Origin: Camelus ferus | Lineage: Eukaryota | Length of the DNA stretch: 64,000 bases | Direction: 5' to 3' | NCBI RefSeq assembly: GCF_009834535.1 | Contig: NC_045697.1 | Span: 16,494,001 to 16,558,000, forward strand | Part shown: positions 61,720-64,000 of the stretch, in pieces | Layout: every line of letters begins with the position of its first letter | Position numbering within the stretch: the first letter of the stretch is position 1 | Notes under the pieces: model-generated | The model's database searches: none | The model's input: only the letters and a program-made list of their open reading frames with translations | Told to the model about the DNA's origin: nothing | Position numbers and translations under genes: made by a program

Positions 61720-62950
61720 TCAGTCGGTTCAACCAAAGTTTGGTCCAGCTGAGCACTTTCTATCCCCCAAGGCACACTTTCTGGCACTGGAAATGCAAAA
61801 GGGAAATTAGACACAGGTTCTGCCCTCAAAGTACCTATAGTCCAATAGAGGAAGGCAGGCAGATATAAATACGTGAATGATAGGTTAAGAACAAATGGAA
61901 GATGTATGTATGTTATAGCACACTGTAGTCACACAAGAGGAACTCTTAGATACACCTACAAAGTCAGGCAAGGAGAAGAGATAAAATGCAGACGAGATGA
62001 GAGTTAGGGGAATAAACCTGGGAAGGCTTTTACAGAGGGGAAAATTGAATAAAGTAAGAAACAGAATGGTAAATGTGGTTAACTTCAAGAAGTTAAGGAT
62101 TATCCACACACCAAACGTAAGAAGCTGAGGGCAGGAATTAAGGTAATAGGTTGGGGATGGTTCAGGGAAGCCTTGGGGAGACGAAGGAATACAGAATAAT
62201 TCTGTAGATGATAAGGAGTCATTAAAAGGGTTTAAAGCTTGAAATAACCTCCCAGTTTTCTGACTTCAGTGTCTGAACGGAGAGGGCCACCATTCACTGG
62301 GCAAGAAAATACAGGGAGAGGGCAGGCTGATGAGTGAGGCTGGAATGGTGAGTGTAGTTCTCAATGTGCTGAGCTGGAGGAGGCTGCAAAACATTCAGAC
62401 GCATATGTTCAGTAAGTTGTCTTCAGGTATGAATTCAAGATGAAGACAGAGACTTTGGCGTCATCAGCAAGTGGACGGTTGTAAAGCATCAGGGATAGAT
62501 TACACTGGCCAATGAAGCATGTGGAAAGAAGTAAGGCAGTGAGGCCGGAATGGAACCTGGGAGAACCCTATCCTTGAGGAGAGCACAGGATCCCAGAAGG
62601 GACGGGGTTGGGCCAGCAGCACCTCCTCTGGAAGACTGCCCCGAGAACCACCTGTGTTACCTTCTCAAAATACATATGCTCACGATCCACTCTAGCCTCT
62701 CCGATCTGACTTAATTCCCCTTAGGAGGGCCTGGACGTGTGTATTTTGAGAGAGTTCCACATTAAGTCTGATGTGTGCTTTTAGTTCAACACTGAAGTAA
62801 AGAGTCTCAAAAGGTGTAGGTGGGAACGTCCCCGAGAGGGCCTGTGCTGTAAAGACCAAAAGGATCCGAATGATGCTGGTGATCCAGAGGGCGCTGGTGA
62901 CTTCTGCCAGAATGAATCAGGAAGGCAAGGAGGAGAAGCCAGATTGCCCT
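61720..62950 (-). mobile_element. L2 LINE fragments with nested MER5-like element (~62620-62790)
   Basis: ggttctgccctcaaag...tagtccaatagaggaaggcag; tttggcgtcatcagca. MER5-like aaaatacatatgc...gtgtattttgagagagttcc...tctgatgtg. Confidence 0.7.
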
Positions 62951-62957
62951 CGAATGC

Positions 62958-63498
62958 TTTATTAGTTATCTATTGCTATGTAAAAATGGCTACAAACGTA
63001 GCAACTTAAAAGAACACACTCAATTATCTGCTAGTTTTTGTGGGAGCTTGAGGAATGGCCTACCTGGGTCTTCTGATTTACGGACTACATTCAAAGTGTG
63101 CCAAGTGGACTACTTTCTTAACTGGAGACTCGAATGAAAAGAATCCATTTCACTCTCAACTCAGGTTGTTCTCAGAATTTCTTTGAGGCTGTAAGCCTCA
63201 GGGCCCCAGCTTCTTGCTGGCTGAGGGCTGGAGGCCCCATCAACAACTAGAGGTTGCCCAGAGTTCTTTGCCTACACCAGGCCAGCCAATAAAGTCTCAG
63301 AAATGAGCATCCCAGCAGGATAGAATCTGTTATAAAGTAGCTTAATTATAAAAGTGACATCTCATCACCTTTGCCATATTCCACCGGCTGGAGAAAGTCA
63401 CAGGTACACTTACTCATGCCTAAGGGGAAGACCTTCTACGAGGCTATGCACCCCAGGAGATGGAGACCATGGGGGCACCTTAGAGTCTGTCTGCCACA
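62958..63498 (-). mobile_element. MLT1 (E/F-type) MaLR solo LTR
   Basis: tattagttatctattgctatgtaa...gcaacttaaaagaacac; end ggggcaccttagagtctgtctgccaca. Confidence 0.88.
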
Positions 63499-63595
63499 AA
63501 TATCTTACATTAAACATTATCTGTACCCAGATTGTAATTCTCAACGTGACTGCATGACAACACATAGAGGTCAAAGCATTGAAAGAAAGGTTTAA

Positions 63596-64000
63596 TGTCA
63601 CTCAAAGTCCCCCTAGTGAGGCGTGGCTCACCGCTGAGCTACAGAAGGGATATGAGGTTTCAGGAAACAGAAGCAGGAGCAAGGAATAGGTTCAGAGCCT
63701 TTACTGACAGGAAAGACAATTCAGGACAAGGTGAACAGTTTACGAAAGGATAGTTTGAATAGTTTTGACTGCCTTTGGGCAATAGGGGTCGCTTCTAGTT
63801 GCCTGGCCCCTGGCCCTGGGATTATTAAGTCAGGTGAATATTGCCTGCTGGGGCGAAGGAACCGGATAGAGGTGGTTTGGCTCTGGACTGGTGAGTTTGC
63901 ATGTCCAAGTCAGCTCCACGCTGGGCCCCTTGCTATCTCCAAGAACCGGCCAGCCCTAGAAGGGCAGTCTCCCCTCCAGCCAGCTGGAAAAGTATTTTAA
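63596..64000 (-). mobile_element. ERV LTR (probably ERV1 class), cut by window edge
   Basis: TGT start; tagtttgaatagttt...ataggggtcgcttctagttgcctggcccctggccctggg motif; minus-strand AGTAAA near 63700. Confidence 0.7.

Noticed and set aside
1..64000. CRISPR arrays, operons, prophage or prokaryotic defence systems
   Set aside because: The sequence is mammalian, with no repeat-spacer arrays, no long ORFs and no gene-dense segments.

Overview
This is not prokaryotic DNA. It is AT-rich, CpG-depleted mammalian non-coding sequence, most likely camelid (alpaca/llama/camel). The evidence is a tRNA-Ala-derived vic-1-type SINE with target-site duplication (TSD) at ~55.2 kb and three young artiodactyl-type L1 3' ends. 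Much of the window is transposable-element debris: old MIR, L2, L1M, MLT/ERVL LTRs and Tigger/MER5 DNA transposons, plus younger insertions. The younger set includes four intact solo ERV1-class LTRs within 8.2-16.3 kb, all on the minus strand with 4-bp TSDs, and an L1 with a twin-priming 5' inversion and an apparent 3' transduction. No ORF in the supplied track is a credible stand-alone gene; one is an L1 ORF2 remnant. There are a few weakly supported exon-like segments (349-~820 +, 34061-34219 +, 42748-42947 -, 56548-~56660 +) and several repeat-free, motif-dense blocks that may be conserved enhancers. I found no convincing novel biological system. Repeat family names come from recalled consensus motifs, not a database search. 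Boundaries of old repeats are approximate (tens of bp) unless a TSD is quoted.
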